DNA from: Oscillospiraceae bacterium
Lineage (GTDB): Bacteria > Bacillota > Clostridia > UBA1381
Length of the DNA: 64,000 nucleotides
NCBI GenBank assembly: GCA_022509005.1
Contig: JAFLUC010000001.1
Span: 10,521 to 74,520 of the forward strand
Direction of reading: 5' to 3'
Part shown: in pieces, positions 10,586-20,279 of the stretch
How the letters are laid out: each line of letters begins with the position of its first letter
How positions within the stretch are numbered: the first letter of the stretch is position 1
Position numbers and translations under genes: made by a program
The notes under the pieces: model-generated
Database searches by the model: none
Seen by the model: only the letters and a program-made list of their open reading frames with translations
Told to the model about the DNA's origin: nothing

Positions 10586-11022
10586 TATTCAGTTATTATT
10601 ACAGAATATGTATCCTGATCCCATTCAACCTTTGAGCCGAGCGCTTCCATAACGAAACGGAGCGGAACGAATGTACGCTCCTCGACAATCTCAGCTGCCT
10701 TGTCGAGTGTTATCATCTGATCGTTTACAAATGCTGCAGTTGTCCCTATCTGAAGAACCACGCTTGTTGCTTCCTCATCACCGTTATCTTTTACAGCTAT
10801 AACTGTCTCGTTTTCACTGTCCCACATAACAGTGGCATCAGCCTTTTCAAAAATCGCTCTGAACGGAACCATCGTTCGTTCCTCGGATATATACGGATCA
10901 ACATCAAATTCAAGCTTCTCACCGTTATAATATACTGACGGTGTCTGGGCAAAAGCTGCCGTTGAGCCTATAATAAAGGCTGTGGCAACAGCACCGCATA
11001 AAATCTTTTTCAATAGTATCAC
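10585..11022 (-). CDS. secreted copper-amine-oxidase N-terminal-like domain protein
   Basis: Signal peptide followed by NGEKLEFDVDPYI...TMVPFRAIFE and ERTFVPLRFVMEALG blocks. Confidence 0.7.
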   Translation of the reverse strand: MILLKKILCGAVATAFIIGSTAAFAQTPSVYYNGEKLEFDVDPYISEERTMVPFRAIFEKADATVMWDSENETVIAVKDNGDEEATSVVLQIGTTAAFVNDQMITLDKAAEIVEERTFVPLRFVMEALGSKVEWDQDTYSVIITE

Positions 11023-11135
11023 TCCTTCTCTACGCTACGCAAAACTATGTTTTGCTATGCTACAACTCGCAAGCGAGTTGTTCACCTTGGTAAATAATAA
11101 ATTTATTTTATCATAATTCATCTTCTATGTCAAGT

Positions 11136-11945
11136 TTATATTCCTGTAAAGACAAAGAACAGTGTCACAAACACACCAAGTATTATTCTATACCAGCCGA
11201 ATGAGGTAAAGCTGTGCCGCTTTACAAAGTTCATGAGAAATTTGATTGCAATGAGTGAAACGATGTATGATATCACCATACCTGTTATAAGAACCGCTAT
11301 ATTTGCAGGATAAAATATACCGTGATATGTTACAATCTTCAGAGCGCTTACACCAAACATGACGGGAACCGCAAGAAAAAAGGTGAATTCCGCGGCAACA
11401 GCACGGGAGCAGCCTGCGAGCATGCCTCCGATTATTGTAGAGCCCGAACGCGAAGTTCCGGGTACAATCGAAAGCATCTGGAACAACCCTATCAAAAATG
11501 CTGTTTTATATGTGAGCTGGTCAAGACTTTTTATCTTCACCTTTTTATGTATCTTTTCAACCAAAATAAACGCGATACCATATACTATAAGAGCAGCGGC
11601 AACAACAAACGGTGTTTCCAGCTTTTCCATCATATCATTGAGCAAAAGACCTACAACTGCAGCAGGAATACATCCTATAACAATTTTAAACAAAAGCTGC
11701 CATGTACTTTTCTTTTCCGTTGCCGATTTCTTCTTTGAAAACGGGTTTAGTGTTCTGAAATAAAGCGTTACAACCGCAAGGATTGCGCCGAGCTGTATCA
11801 CATACAAATATAAATCCGATGCTGTAAATCCTTCGTTATGAATAAACTTATTAACAAGAATCATGTGTCCTGTAGAGCTTATCGGGAGCCATTCGGTTAT
11901 ACCCTCAACAAGTCCGAGTATCAATGTTCTTAAATATTCAATCAT
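11136..11945 (-). CDS. uppP: undecaprenyl-diphosphate phosphatase
   Basis: 269-aa polytopic protein with EWLPISSTGH and PGTSRSGSTI motifs of BacA/UppP. Confidence 0.9.
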   Translation of the reverse strand: MIEYLRTLILGLVEGITEWLPISSTGHMILVNKFIHNEGFTASDLYLYVIQLGAILAVVTLYFRTLNPFSKKKSATEKKSTWQLLFKIVIGCIPAAVVGLLLNDMMEKLETPFVVAAALIVYGIAFILVEKIHKKVKIKSLDQLTYKTAFLIGLFQMLSIVPGTSRSGSTIIGGMLAGCSRAVAAEFTFFLAVPVMFGVSALKIVTYHGIFYPANIAVLITGMVISYIVSLIAIKFLMNFVKRHSFTSFGWYRIILGVFVTLFFVFTGI

Positions 11946-12568
11946 CCTTCAATTCCCCTTATATAATCAATAATCAATTGTGCAGCTCGTTCTATCGTTG
12001 TTTTCTGCGAGTTTATACATATGTCATAGTTCTCGATTGCGCCCCACGTACGGTTTGCATAATAGCTGTAATATGTCTTACGCTGCTTATCGGTTTTATT
12101 TACGCGCTCCTTTGCCTTTTTCAAAGAAAGACCATACGCGTCGGCAACACGCTGCGCGCGCCAGTCAACAGATGCATAGATAAATACATTCGTAAGGTCT
12201 ATACCTTCAACATCTTCAAGAACATAGTCAGAGCAGCGGCCTATAATAACACAGTTTTCTTCTGCCGCAACCTTTTTAATAACCTCCGACTGCGCTAAAA
12301 ACAGCTTATCATTTATAGGCATTTCATAATAAAGAGGTCCTGACATACCTCTTACCGAGTAGCTGCCGCTTGCAAGAGAATATAACAAACTTGACGTAGC
12401 CTTTTCATCTATATGTTTCAGTGCTTCGGGTGAGATGTTATTCTTCTTAGCTGCCATTTCAACAAGCTCTTTGTCATATAATGCATACCCGAGCTCACGG
12501 GCTATAATCTCGCCTATATCGTGTCCGGCAGATCCGTATTGCCGTCCGATTGTAATTATTCTTTTCAT
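11942..12568 (-). CDS. cytidylate kinase-like family protein
   Basis: IITIGRQYGSAGHDIGEIIAREL P-loop-like N-terminus. I place the start at MKRIIT (12568), behind GGAGGA. Confidence 0.75.
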   Translation of the reverse strand: MKRIITIGRQYGSAGHDIGEIIARELGYALYDKELVEMAAKKNNISPEALKHIDEKATSSLLYSLASGSYSVRGMSGPLYYEMPINDKLFLAQSEVIKKVAAEENCVIIGRCSDYVLEDVEGIDLTNVFIYASVDWRAQRVADAYGLSLKKAKERVNKTDKQRKTYYSYYANRTWGAIENYDICINSQKTTIERAAQLIIDYIRGIEG

Positions 12569-12604
12569 ACCATTCCTCCATTCTTTCATCGCTTATTTTT
12601 CATG

Positions 12605-13225
12605 TTAAAGCTGAACATTTTCCTTATATTCCTTTATATACTGATTTACCTTTTCAACATAATATTTTGTCTCGGTAAACGGAATCTCGTAAAGATTTTT
12701 TCCGTCTCTGCTGTAATTCGGATCCGCAAGCCATCCATCTACATTTCCGATTCCGGCATTATATGCCGCAAGCGCCGTATCGGTTGATTCGTAGCGGTCA
12801 ATCAACATGCGAAGTAAATAACAGCCAAGCTTTATATTGGTTTCCGGATCCATATAATCATAATTTGTCAAACCAAGTCTGTCTGCGCACTCCTTTGCGG
12901 TCACCTCTGTAAGCTGCATAAGTCCTCCGGCATATGCCGAGCGTGCGTCTGCAACAAACCGGCTCTCCTGCTTGATTACCGCTATCACAAGATATGGGTC
13001 AAGATCGTTTTCATGCGCATATTTTACTATGTAGTCACTGTATTCAACAGGATATTTAATTTTTTTACTTATCTCAGAACCGCTCTTTAATGCTGCAAAA
13101 ACTGCACATGTTGTTATAACAACAAGCAGGAATATAAAAATATTCCGCGTGATTTTTTTACGTCTCCGCTTTCTGCGGACTTTCTGTCTTTGATAAAGTC
13201 TTAATTTCGTTACAGATCTGCTCAA
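12605..13225 (-). CDS. membrane-anchored lytic transglycosylase (SLT domain)
   Basis: Basic N-terminus plus a TM helix, then the catalytic block QESRFV...AGGLMQL and AYNAG. The track start overlaps the coaE 3' end by 68 nt. Confidence 0.8.
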   Translation of the reverse strand: MSRSVTKLRLYQRQKVRRKRRRKKITRNIFIFLLVVITTCAVFAALKSGSEISKKIKYPVEYSDYIVKYAHENDLDPYLVIAVIKQESRFVADARSAYAGGLMQLTEVTAKECADRLGLTNYDYMDPETNIKLGCYLLRMLIDRYESTDTALAAYNAGIGNVDGWLADPNYSRDGKNLYEIPFTETKYYVEKVNQYIKEYKENVQL

Positions 13226-13799
13226 TTTGAACTCCCAACCGGGCTATGCACCCGTTATTTTTTATATTATATGCGCCATGCTTTATATATTCATCATCAC
13301 TCATTTGAGAATTTATTCGCTTTTGTGCCTCCTCACGGCTTATTTTATCCCGCTTCATAATCCGTTCAAGCCGCTTATCATTATCAGCCGTTACTACCAC
13401 GAGCATACGGCAAAGTTCCTCCACAGGGCTGCCTATTATAACCGCACCGTCAATCGCGGCAATCTTCGCATTGGATGCTGAAATCTCGTTTTTGAGGTAT
13501 TCAGTTATATAACTATGCGTAATGCGGTTCAATAATTTCAGCTTATTTTTATCACTGAACACAATTTCAGCCAGTTTCTTTCGATTTAAAGTGTTGTCTG
13601 CGTTAATAATTCCGCTGCCAAAAGCTTCGGAAAGTCTTAAAAGACACGGCATGCCCGGCTCTACTACCGCTCTTGCCGCAGCATCTGCATCGGCAACATA
13701 TATTCCGTTTTGTCGGAATAATTCACTCACTGTTGATTTCCCCGCCCCCGACGCGCCTGTTATTCCGAAAATATAATTAGCTATCATGCCGTCCATCAT
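13158..13799 (-). CDS. coaE: dephospho-CoA kinase
   Basis: [16 protein letters not shown]-loop with CoaE colinearity. The start could instead be the internal MIANY. Confidence 0.85.
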   Translation of the reverse strand: MMDGMIANYIFGITGASGAGKSTVSELFRQNGIYVADADAAARAVVEPGMPCLLRLSEAFGSGIINADNTLNRKKLAEIVFSDKNKLKLLNRITHSYITEYLKNEISASNAKIAAIDGAVIIGSPVEELCRMLVVVTADNDKRLERIMKRDKISREEAQKRINSQMSDDEYIKHGAYNIKNNGCIARLGVQIEQICNEIKTLSKTESPQKAET

Positions 13800-14472
13800 T
13801 AATATTCTCTATCTGCCAGTCTATAGCTCCTCTGCCTTCGCGCTCAAGAATCTTATTCGCAAGCTTAAAATGTCCGCAGCCGAAAAAACCTCTTGTGGCT
13901 GAGAGCGGACTGGGATGCGCTGAGGTAAGAATAACATGCTGATCGTTTGTTATGACATTCATTTTCTCTTTTGCGTTGTTGCCCCATAGCATAAAGATTA
14001 CCGGCGTTTCACGCTCGTTTAAAAGCTCCACGATTCTATTGGTAAATATCTCCCAGCCCTTATTGCGGTGAGAGTTAGCCATACCATCGCGGACAGTGAG
14101 AGATGCGTTTAACAACAGCACGCCTTGTCTTGCCCATTTTTCAAGATAGCCGTTATCAGGAATATAGCATCCAAGCTCTTCGTGCAGCTCCTTATATATA
14201 TTTACAAGCGACGGAGGAATCTTCACATCCGGCTTAACCGAAAAACATAAGCCATGTGCCTGTCCCGGTTCATGGTATGGATCCTGACCGAGTATTACAA
14301 CCTTTGTATCCGCATATGACGTCCATTTAAGAGCATTAAAAATATCATACATATCAGGGTGTATTGTATATTTTTTATACTCCTCCGCTAAAAAGCTACG
14401 AAGCCTTTTATAATAATCCTTTTCAAACTCATCACTGAGTAATTCGTCCCAGTCATTGCCTATCTGTACCAT
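13777..14472 (-). CDS. ung: uracil-DNA glycosylase
   Basis: [16 protein letters not shown] and HPSPLS motifs of family 1 UDG. Confidence 0.9.
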   Translation of the reverse strand: MVQIGNDWDELLSDEFEKDYYKRLRSFLAEEYKKYTIHPDMYDIFNALKWTSYADTKVVILGQDPYHEPGQAHGLCFSVKPDVKIPPSLVNIYKELHEELGCYIPDNGYLEKWARQGVLLLNASLTVRDGMANSHRNKGWEIFTNRIVELLNERETPVIFMLWGNNAKEKMNVITNDQHVILTSAHPSPLSATRGFFGCGHFKLANKILEREGRGAIDWQIENINDGRHDS

Positions 14473-14529
14473 AAATAATGCCTCCGCATTGCTAAATTAT
14501 TAAGATTATATCATATATTCCATTAAATA

Positions 14530-16110
14530 TCAAGAATTATTTATTTTATTTAAAAAGTTACTGACTTCCTCTATAATAAATTTACCATATCGCTCCGCTT
14601 TTACTGCTCCGATTCCGTCAACGGCAAGAAGTGCCTGTTTATTGGTAGGAAGCTTTGCGCATATATCTAAAATCGTAGCATCACTGAATATAACATATGG
14701 CGGAACACCCTGAATCTTAGCTTGCTTTAATCGTGCGAGACGCAGCTTTTCAAAAAGATCCCGCGACTGATCAGGTGAAAGCCGCGTCGATGCAGCAGGT
14801 GTTAATACCGGCTTTGTCGGGTGTTTCTTTATGGATTCAATGTGACGTCTGTTTATCCTGCGCTCCATACCGCTGCACGAGGAGCAGTTACCGCAGTTTT
14901 TTTTCTGCCGTTCCCCGAAATAATTCAGAATCTGGTTTCTGAGACATGCGGCTGTGCTGCAATAATCAACCATTCTGTTGAGGCGTCTGTAATCAAGACG
15001 TTTTATTTTAAGCCGCTGCGCGGGGGTGAGCTCATCATTATTCTCTGTATGTTCTATAAAAAATTTTATTGTATAAATATCACTCGGCATATACAGCATT
15101 ATACATTCTGCCGCTGCACCATCACGCCCTGCCCTACCTGCCTCCTGATAATAGTTCTCTATATTTTTAGGCATATTGAAATGTACAACAAAAGCTACGT
15201 TCGATTTGTCTATTCCCATGCCGAACGCGTTTGTCGCAATCACTACAGGCATACGGTCAAATATAAAATCCTCTTGGTTCTTTGTACGCTCGTCTGAGTC
15301 AAGTCCGGCATGGTACCGGGTTACGGGATAGTCCATAGCGGAAAGAATTTCATATAACTCGTCAACAGCCTTTCTTGTTGAGCAGTATATAATTCCGCTT
15401 TCATCCTTGTGCCGGTCGAGAATTTCAAGGAGCTCGCTAACTCTGCCTTTTTTACTTTTAGGTCGGCGAACCTCAAAATACAGGTTCGGTCTGTCAAATC
15501 CGGTTGTAAGAACATACGGATCATGAAGTTCGAGTATATTTAAAATATCCTCTCGCACATGACTCGTTGCCGTTGCTGTAAACGCTCCGATTACAGGACG
15601 CTTTGGAAGTGAATCTATGAACTCTGTGATTTTGAGATAGCTAGGACGAAAATCCTGTCCCCATTGCGAAACGCAGTGTGACTCGTCTATTGCGACATAG
15701 CTTATATCAAGCCTGCTGCACACATTCTTAAACGATTCCGTTTCAAGCCGTTCCGGCGCAACATATATAATCTTATATACACCCTTAAGCATGTTTTCTC
15801 GTACCTTAGCGCATTGCGCTTCACTCAGCGAGCTGTTATAATACGCTCCGCGTATTCCTGACTGAACGAGCGCCGTTACCTGGTCGTTCATAAGCGATAT
15901 GAGAGGAGATACAACGATTGTGATTCCTGTCGCCATAAGTGCCGGAATCTGATAGCACATTGATTTTCCCGCGCCTGTTGGCATAATTCCGAGCACATCT
16001 CTGCCATCAAGCAATGCTGATATTATTTTTTCCTGTCCCGAACGGAAGCTGTCGTGACCGAAATATTCTTTTAAAAGTTTCTTAGCCTCTATGATTCGGT
16101 TATGCACCAT
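14530..16110 (-). CDS. recQ: ATP-dependent DNA helicase RecQ
   Basis: FRSGQEKII, PTGAGKS, DESHCVSQWGQDFRP, a zinc-binding CxxC cluster and a C-terminal HRDC-like segment. Confidence 0.9.
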   Translation of the reverse strand: MVHNRIIEAKKLLKEYFGHDSFRSGQEKIISALLDGRDVLGIMPTGAGKSMCYQIPALMATGITIVVSPLISLMNDQVTALVQSGIRGAYYNSSLSEAQCAKVRENMLKGVYKIIYVAPERLETESFKNVCSRLDISYVAIDESHCVSQWGQDFRPSYLKITEFIDSLPKRPVIGAFTATATSHVREDILNILELHDPYVLTTGFDRPNLYFEVRRPKSKKGRVSELLEILDRHKDESGIIYCSTRKAVDELYEILSAMDYPVTRYHAGLDSDERTKNQEDFIFDRMPVVIATNAFGMGIDKSNVAFVVHFNMPKNIENYYQEAGRAGRDGAAAECIMLYMPSDIYTIKFFIEHTENNDELTPAQRLKIKRLDYRRLNRMVDYCSTAACLRNQILNYFGERQKKNCGNCSSCSGMERRINRRHIESIKKHPTKPVLTPAASTRLSPDQSRDLFEKLRLARLKQAKIQGVPPYVIFSDATILDICAKLPTNKQALLAVDGIGAVKAERYGKFIIEEVSNFLNKINNS

Positions 16111-16343
16111 TATCTATTCTCCTTTTATTTTTTCACAAAAAGAAAGCAGCCTGATTATATTAAGGCTGCATTGTTTTTAGGGGGACCCTTGCCTTTCGGC
16201 AAGGGCATATGAAAAAAAGGATGGTGTGACTGCGAATGCAGTCCGATTATAACTTAATTGCTGTATCAATATAGGTTTTATTTTACCGAATATTATATAT
16301 TCAGAAAATATTACACATATAAATATTCCCATTCTTTGTCCAT

Positions 16344-16372
16344 ATTATAACATATACAGGATATAAATGCAA
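16344..16372 (-). promoter_or_regulatory. sigma-A-type promoter (TTGCAT-17-TATAAT with TGn extension) facing recQ
   Basis: The reverse strand reads TTGCAT ttatatcctgtatatgt TATAAT. It lies about 230 nt upstream of the recQ ATG. Confidence 0.45.
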
Positions 16373-16393
16373 GCCTTGTTTATGAACTTTTTG

Positions 16394-17776
16394 TTAATTA
16401 TCCGCAGTATTAAGCGATTTTTGCATCTTCTGCTCCATTTTCGTGAGTCTTTTCCATACGATACACAGCATCGTTATGAAGCATGCTGCCCCACCAAGAG
16501 CATTTGAAATCGGCTCGGCAATGAATACTCCGTTAACACCGAGAGCCGGAATATGCGGCAAAAAGAGTGTAAGCGGTACAACAAGTATCGCCTTTCGGAG
16601 CAGCGAGAAAAAGATAGCCGGTTTCGCATAGCCTAGCGATGTAAATGTACTCTGACCGCCAAATTGCAGTATCATCGCAAAGAACGCGATATAATACAGC
16701 CGCATAGAATGCTGCCCGATACTCAGCATAGTTTCATCAGAAGTGAACATCAGCATATAGAATTTCGGGAACAGCATTACGCTGAACCAGAACATAAGGC
16801 TCACAACCATACCGGCAAGCATTGTGAATTTTATAGACTGCTTAACCCTGTCAGGTTTGTTTGCACCATAATTATATCCCATAACAGGCTGTGAACCGTA
16901 TGCAATGCCCGAGACAGGCAGCGATGCAACTTCGCGAACCGAATTCACCACCGTCATGATGCCGATATATAAATCGCCGTAGCCGGATAATACTACATTA
17001 CAAACTACCTGGACAAGACAGTTTGTGCCGTTCATAATAAATCCTGCTATACCGAGCGACGATATATTTCTTACAAGTTTGAAATCAAGCGGCATATGCT
17101 GTTTTTTAATATGCAGAATGGTTCTTTTGCCGAACAGAAATGACAGTACCCAAAGCATCGAAACAAATTGCGATATGACAGTTGCAAGGGCCGCGCCGCG
17201 AATTCCCATTCTGAATACGAAAATAAACAGCGGATCAAGCATTATATTTAATATCGCACCGCACAGTACCGTTACCATGCCGAATTTTGCAAAGCCCTGC
17301 GAGTTTATGAACCAGTTCATACCAACGCTTATCATAGAGAAAATCGTTCCGATAAGATATATGTTAAGATAATCATTTGCGTATGAATATGTAGACGCGC
17401 TTGCGCCGAGCGCATAGAGAACAGGCGTTTTAAATATATAGCATACCGCCGTAAGAACAGCACCAGAAGCGATTATAAGCTCAAATGTATTTGTCATAAT
17501 CCTCTCGGCGCGGTTTATATCACCCGCCCCTCTTGCGATTGAGCACAGCGCGCCGCCGCCCTGTCCGAACAGCGTTGTAAATGCGTTTACAAGCGTTACA
17601 ATCGGAAATATAAGCCCTATTCCCGTAAGAGCAAGTCCCGATGTGCCCGGAAGATGACCTATGTACATTCTATCTGTTATATTATATAAAATCTGAACAA
17701 GCTGCGCAATAGTAAGCGGTATAGCCTGCGCGAGAATATGCCGCCTTACACTTCCTGAGGCAAAATCATTTTCCAT
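16394..17776 (-). CDS. MATE-family efflux transporter
   Basis: 460-aa, 12-TM-type hydrophobic ORF with MATE-like N-terminal blocks. Confidence 0.85.
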   Translation of the reverse strand: MENDFASGSVRRHILAQAIPLTIAQLVQILYNITDRMYIGHLPGTSGLALTGIGLIFPIVTLVNAFTTLFGQGGGALCSIARGAGDINRAERIMTNTFELIIASGAVLTAVCYIFKTPVLYALGASASTYSYANDYLNIYLIGTIFSMISVGMNWFINSQGFAKFGMVTVLCGAILNIMLDPLFIFVFRMGIRGAALATVISQFVSMLWVLSFLFGKRTILHIKKQHMPLDFKLVRNISSLGIAGFIMNGTNCLVQVVCNVVLSGYGDLYIGIMTVVNSVREVASLPVSGIAYGSQPVMGYNYGANKPDRVKQSIKFTMLAGMVVSLMFWFSVMLFPKFYMLMFTSDETMLSIGQHSMRLYYIAFFAMILQFGGQSTFTSLGYAKPAIFFSLLRKAILVVPLTLFLPHIPALGVNGVFIAEPISNALGGAACFITMLCIVWKRLTKMEQKMQKSLNTADN

Positions 17777-18641
17777 TGTGGTGCCTTTCTGTATTATTTT
17801 TTATAAACATAATCAAAGATACACTGCATATAATCACATAGCCTATTACGCTCAGGCTATCCGGAATCTGACCGAGAACGAAAAATCCGAGTGCTGCGGC
17901 AAATATGATCTGTGTATAATCAAACACCGATATTTCACGTGCCGGAGCGTATGAATAAGCAGCCGTAATAGTGAACTGTCCGCCTGCTGCGCTTGCGCCG
18001 GCACATATTAAAAATATAAGCTGCAGCCATGACATCGGATGAAAATTGAATATCAGATACGGCATCGTTACAATACATGAAAATATTGAGAAGAAAAATA
18101 CGATATATGTTTTTCTCTCACCCATTTCAGTAAGCTTTCTTACCATTGCGTATGCTATACCTGCACCAAGTCCGCCGCAAAGTCCGACAATACTTGCAGG
18201 ATTTAAAAGCCCCGGTGTCGGCTTAATTATAAACAGGCTGCCGATAAACGCAGTAACTACCATCAGTCCTTGGAAAAGGCTTACGCGTTCCTTTAAAAGG
18301 ATGAAGGAGAAAATAACCGCGAAAAACGGCGACAGCTTGTTCAGCATTGAAGCGTCTGTAAGCACAAGATGATCTATAGCGTAAAAATTGCATAGTATGC
18401 CCACCGTGCCGCATATAGCGCGAGTCAGAAGTCCAGGGAAACTTCCCTTGTGCCACTTAAAGCTTTCCTTATTTTTAATAAGCGCAACAAACGCGATAAC
18501 CGCCGCAACCGCGTTTCTGAAAAAACTCTTTTCGATTGACGGCAAATCACCTGACAATCGCACAAACATATTCATGAGTGCAAAGCAGAACGCTGATGTC
18601 ATTATGCACAACGCGCCCTTTGCCCTGTTTGATATAGCCAA
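17766..18641 (-). CDS. EamA/DMT-family membrane transporter
   Basis: 291-aa polytopic ORF with the duplicated EamA architecture. Confidence 0.75.
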   Translation of the reverse strand: MAISNRAKGALCIMTSAFCFALMNMFVRLSGDLPSIEKSFFRNAVAAVIAFVALIKNKESFKWHKGSFPGLLTRAICGTVGILCNFYAIDHLVLTDASMLNKLSPFFAVIFSFILLKERVSLFQGLMVVTAFIGSLFIIKPTPGLLNPASIVGLCGGLGAGIAYAMVRKLTEMGERKTYIVFFFSIFSCIVTMPYLIFNFHPMSWLQLIFLICAGASAAGGQFTITAAYSYAPAREISVFDYTQIIFAAALGFFVLGQIPDSLSVIGYVIICSVSLIMFIKNNTERHHNGK

Positions 18642-18646
18642 TTTAC

Positions 18647-20218
18647 CTAACCTCTTTTCGCTGTAAATATCTTTTCCGCAACCTTAATGCCGTCTATCGC
18701 CGCAGTCATTATGCCTCCTGCATATCCTGCGCCCTCGCCGCATGGGTATATGCCTGATATATTCGACTGCATGGTTTCGTCATCACGCACTATTCTGACC
18801 GGCGATGATGAACGAGTTTCGGGCGCTGTTAAAATTGCGCCGTCCGAAGCAAATCCGTTAAGCCTTTTATCTAAAAGCGGAAGCGCTTCGCGCATTGTAT
18901 CTGTTACATATTCCGGCAACAGATTGTCAAGGCTGCACATTTTAACTCCGGGTTTATATGTCGGGCTGATATCCGCCTCGGCGCCGTTGCCCTTTAAGAA
19001 ATCACCAACTGTCTGGGCCGGAGCGATATATCCTCCGCCCCCAAGCTCAAATGCCTTTTGCTCTATTTCACGCTGGAAATAGCAGCCTTCAAGAACATCA
19101 TCTCCGGGCAAATCGTCCGGCATAACGTTAACAAGTAACGCACTGTTCGCGTTCTCTCCGTCACGCGCAAACTCGCTCATGCCGTTCGTTACAACTCCCC
19201 CCGGCTCCGATGATGACGCAACTACCGTTCCGCCCGGACACATACAAAACGTATATGCTGTTCTGCCGTTCGAAGTCTTAACCGACAGCTTATAATCTGC
19301 CGCCGGAAGTAACGGATACATATCGCCGTACTGTGCTCGGCTTATAAGCTCCTGCTTATGCTCAATACGCGCGCCGATTGCAAAAACCTTACGTTCCATC
19401 GCCGCACCATTGTCACGGAGCATTTCAAATGTATCTCTCGCACTATGACCTGTCGCAATTATAAGCGTGTCTGCTTCTATTTCATATTCTCCATTTTCAT
19501 CAGTTACCTTTACAGCCGCTAATGAGCCGTTTTTTGTAACAATTCCTGAAAACCTTGATGAAAAACGCACATCTCCGCCATGCGCTTTTATGTCCTCACG
19601 GAAAGATTTAACCATTCCCACAAGCTTGTCTGTGCCTATATGCGGTTTCGCGCGATAAGTTATCTCATATGGAGCTCCGTGTTTTGCAAACTGTTCCAAT
19701 ACATATTTTATTCTCGTATCGTTCACACCTGTTGTGAGCTTGCCGTCGGAAAAGGTTCCGGCACCGCCCTCGCCGAACTGTACGTTTGATTCAGCATTTA
19801 GCTCGCCATTTGTTTTAAATCTCTCCACGTCTGCCATACGCGTATCAACATCACATCCCCGTTCAAGTACAATCACCATTGCGCCATGCTTTGCGAGCGT
19901 ATGCGCGCACATCATTCCGGCAGGACCGAAGCCCGCAATTATAACCGGCTTTATGGGCGGTGTTCCCTTCGGGAATTTATATCTCTTATCGGTTATCTTT
20001 GACGCATTCTTAACTGTTTTAAGCACCTTAGCCTCGTTATCTGCGTCTACATCAATCGTATATACATAATGAATATCGTTCTTTTTACGCGCGTCAATCG
20101 ACTGCTTGTATATTCGAAACGATCTTATATTTTTTAATTTGTACTTCTTTGCTATATACTCCGACAGATTTTCCTCCGGCATCTGTATCGGATAGCTTAT
20201 GTTGCTGATTCGTATCAT
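18647..20218 (-). CDS. FAD-dependent oxidoreductase (COG2509-like)
   Basis: Dinucleotide-binding motif IIAGFGPAGMMCA and a second GxG region. 523-aa length with colinearity to the uncharacterised FAD-dependent dehydrogenase family. Confidence 0.7.
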   Translation of the reverse strand: MIRISNISYPIQMPEENLSEYIAKKYKLKNIRSFRIYKQSIDARKKNDIHYVYTIDVDADNEAKVLKTVKNASKITDKRYKFPKGTPPIKPVIIAGFGPAGMMCAHTLAKHGAMVIVLERGCDVDTRMADVERFKTNGELNAESNVQFGEGGAGTFSDGKLTTGVNDTRIKYVLEQFAKHGAPYEITYRAKPHIGTDKLVGMVKSFREDIKAHGGDVRFSSRFSGIVTKNGSLAAVKVTDENGEYEIEADTLIIATGHSARDTFEMLRDNGAAMERKVFAIGARIEHKQELISRAQYGDMYPLLPAADYKLSVKTSNGRTAYTFCMCPGGTVVASSSEPGGVVTNGMSEFARDGENANSALLVNVMPDDLPGDDVLEGCYFQREIEQKAFELGGGGYIAPAQTVGDFLKGNGAEADISPTYKPGVKMCSLDNLLPEYVTDTMREALPLLDKRLNGFASDGAILTAPETRSSSPVRIVRDDETMQSNISGIYPCGEGAGYAGGIMTAAIDGIKVAEKIFTAKRG

Positions 20219-20244
20219 TTAACCATGCCCCTGTTTGCATATAA

Positions 20245-20271
20245 AGGGAAGGGCAAACTTAACCCTTCCCT
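20245..20271 (-). terminator. intrinsic terminator after purL
   Basis: GGGAAGGG-loop-CCCTTCCC stem just downstream of the purL stop, followed by TTTAT on the minus strand. Confidence 0.5.
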
Positions 20272-20279
20272 TATAATTC

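Noticed and set aside
10410-10652. 80-aa plus-strand ORF from the track
   Set aside because: It is antisense to the well-matching 55-aa DUF896 gene and to the 3' end of the stalk-domain gene. It has a Ser/Phe-rich shadow composition.
16177-16332. 51-codon hydrophobic ORF (MGIFICVIFSEYIIFGK...) in the recQ leader
   Set aside because: No SD. Its ATG would lie about 5 nt from the predicted transcription start, and its 3' half is simply the hairpin sequences. Probably not coding.
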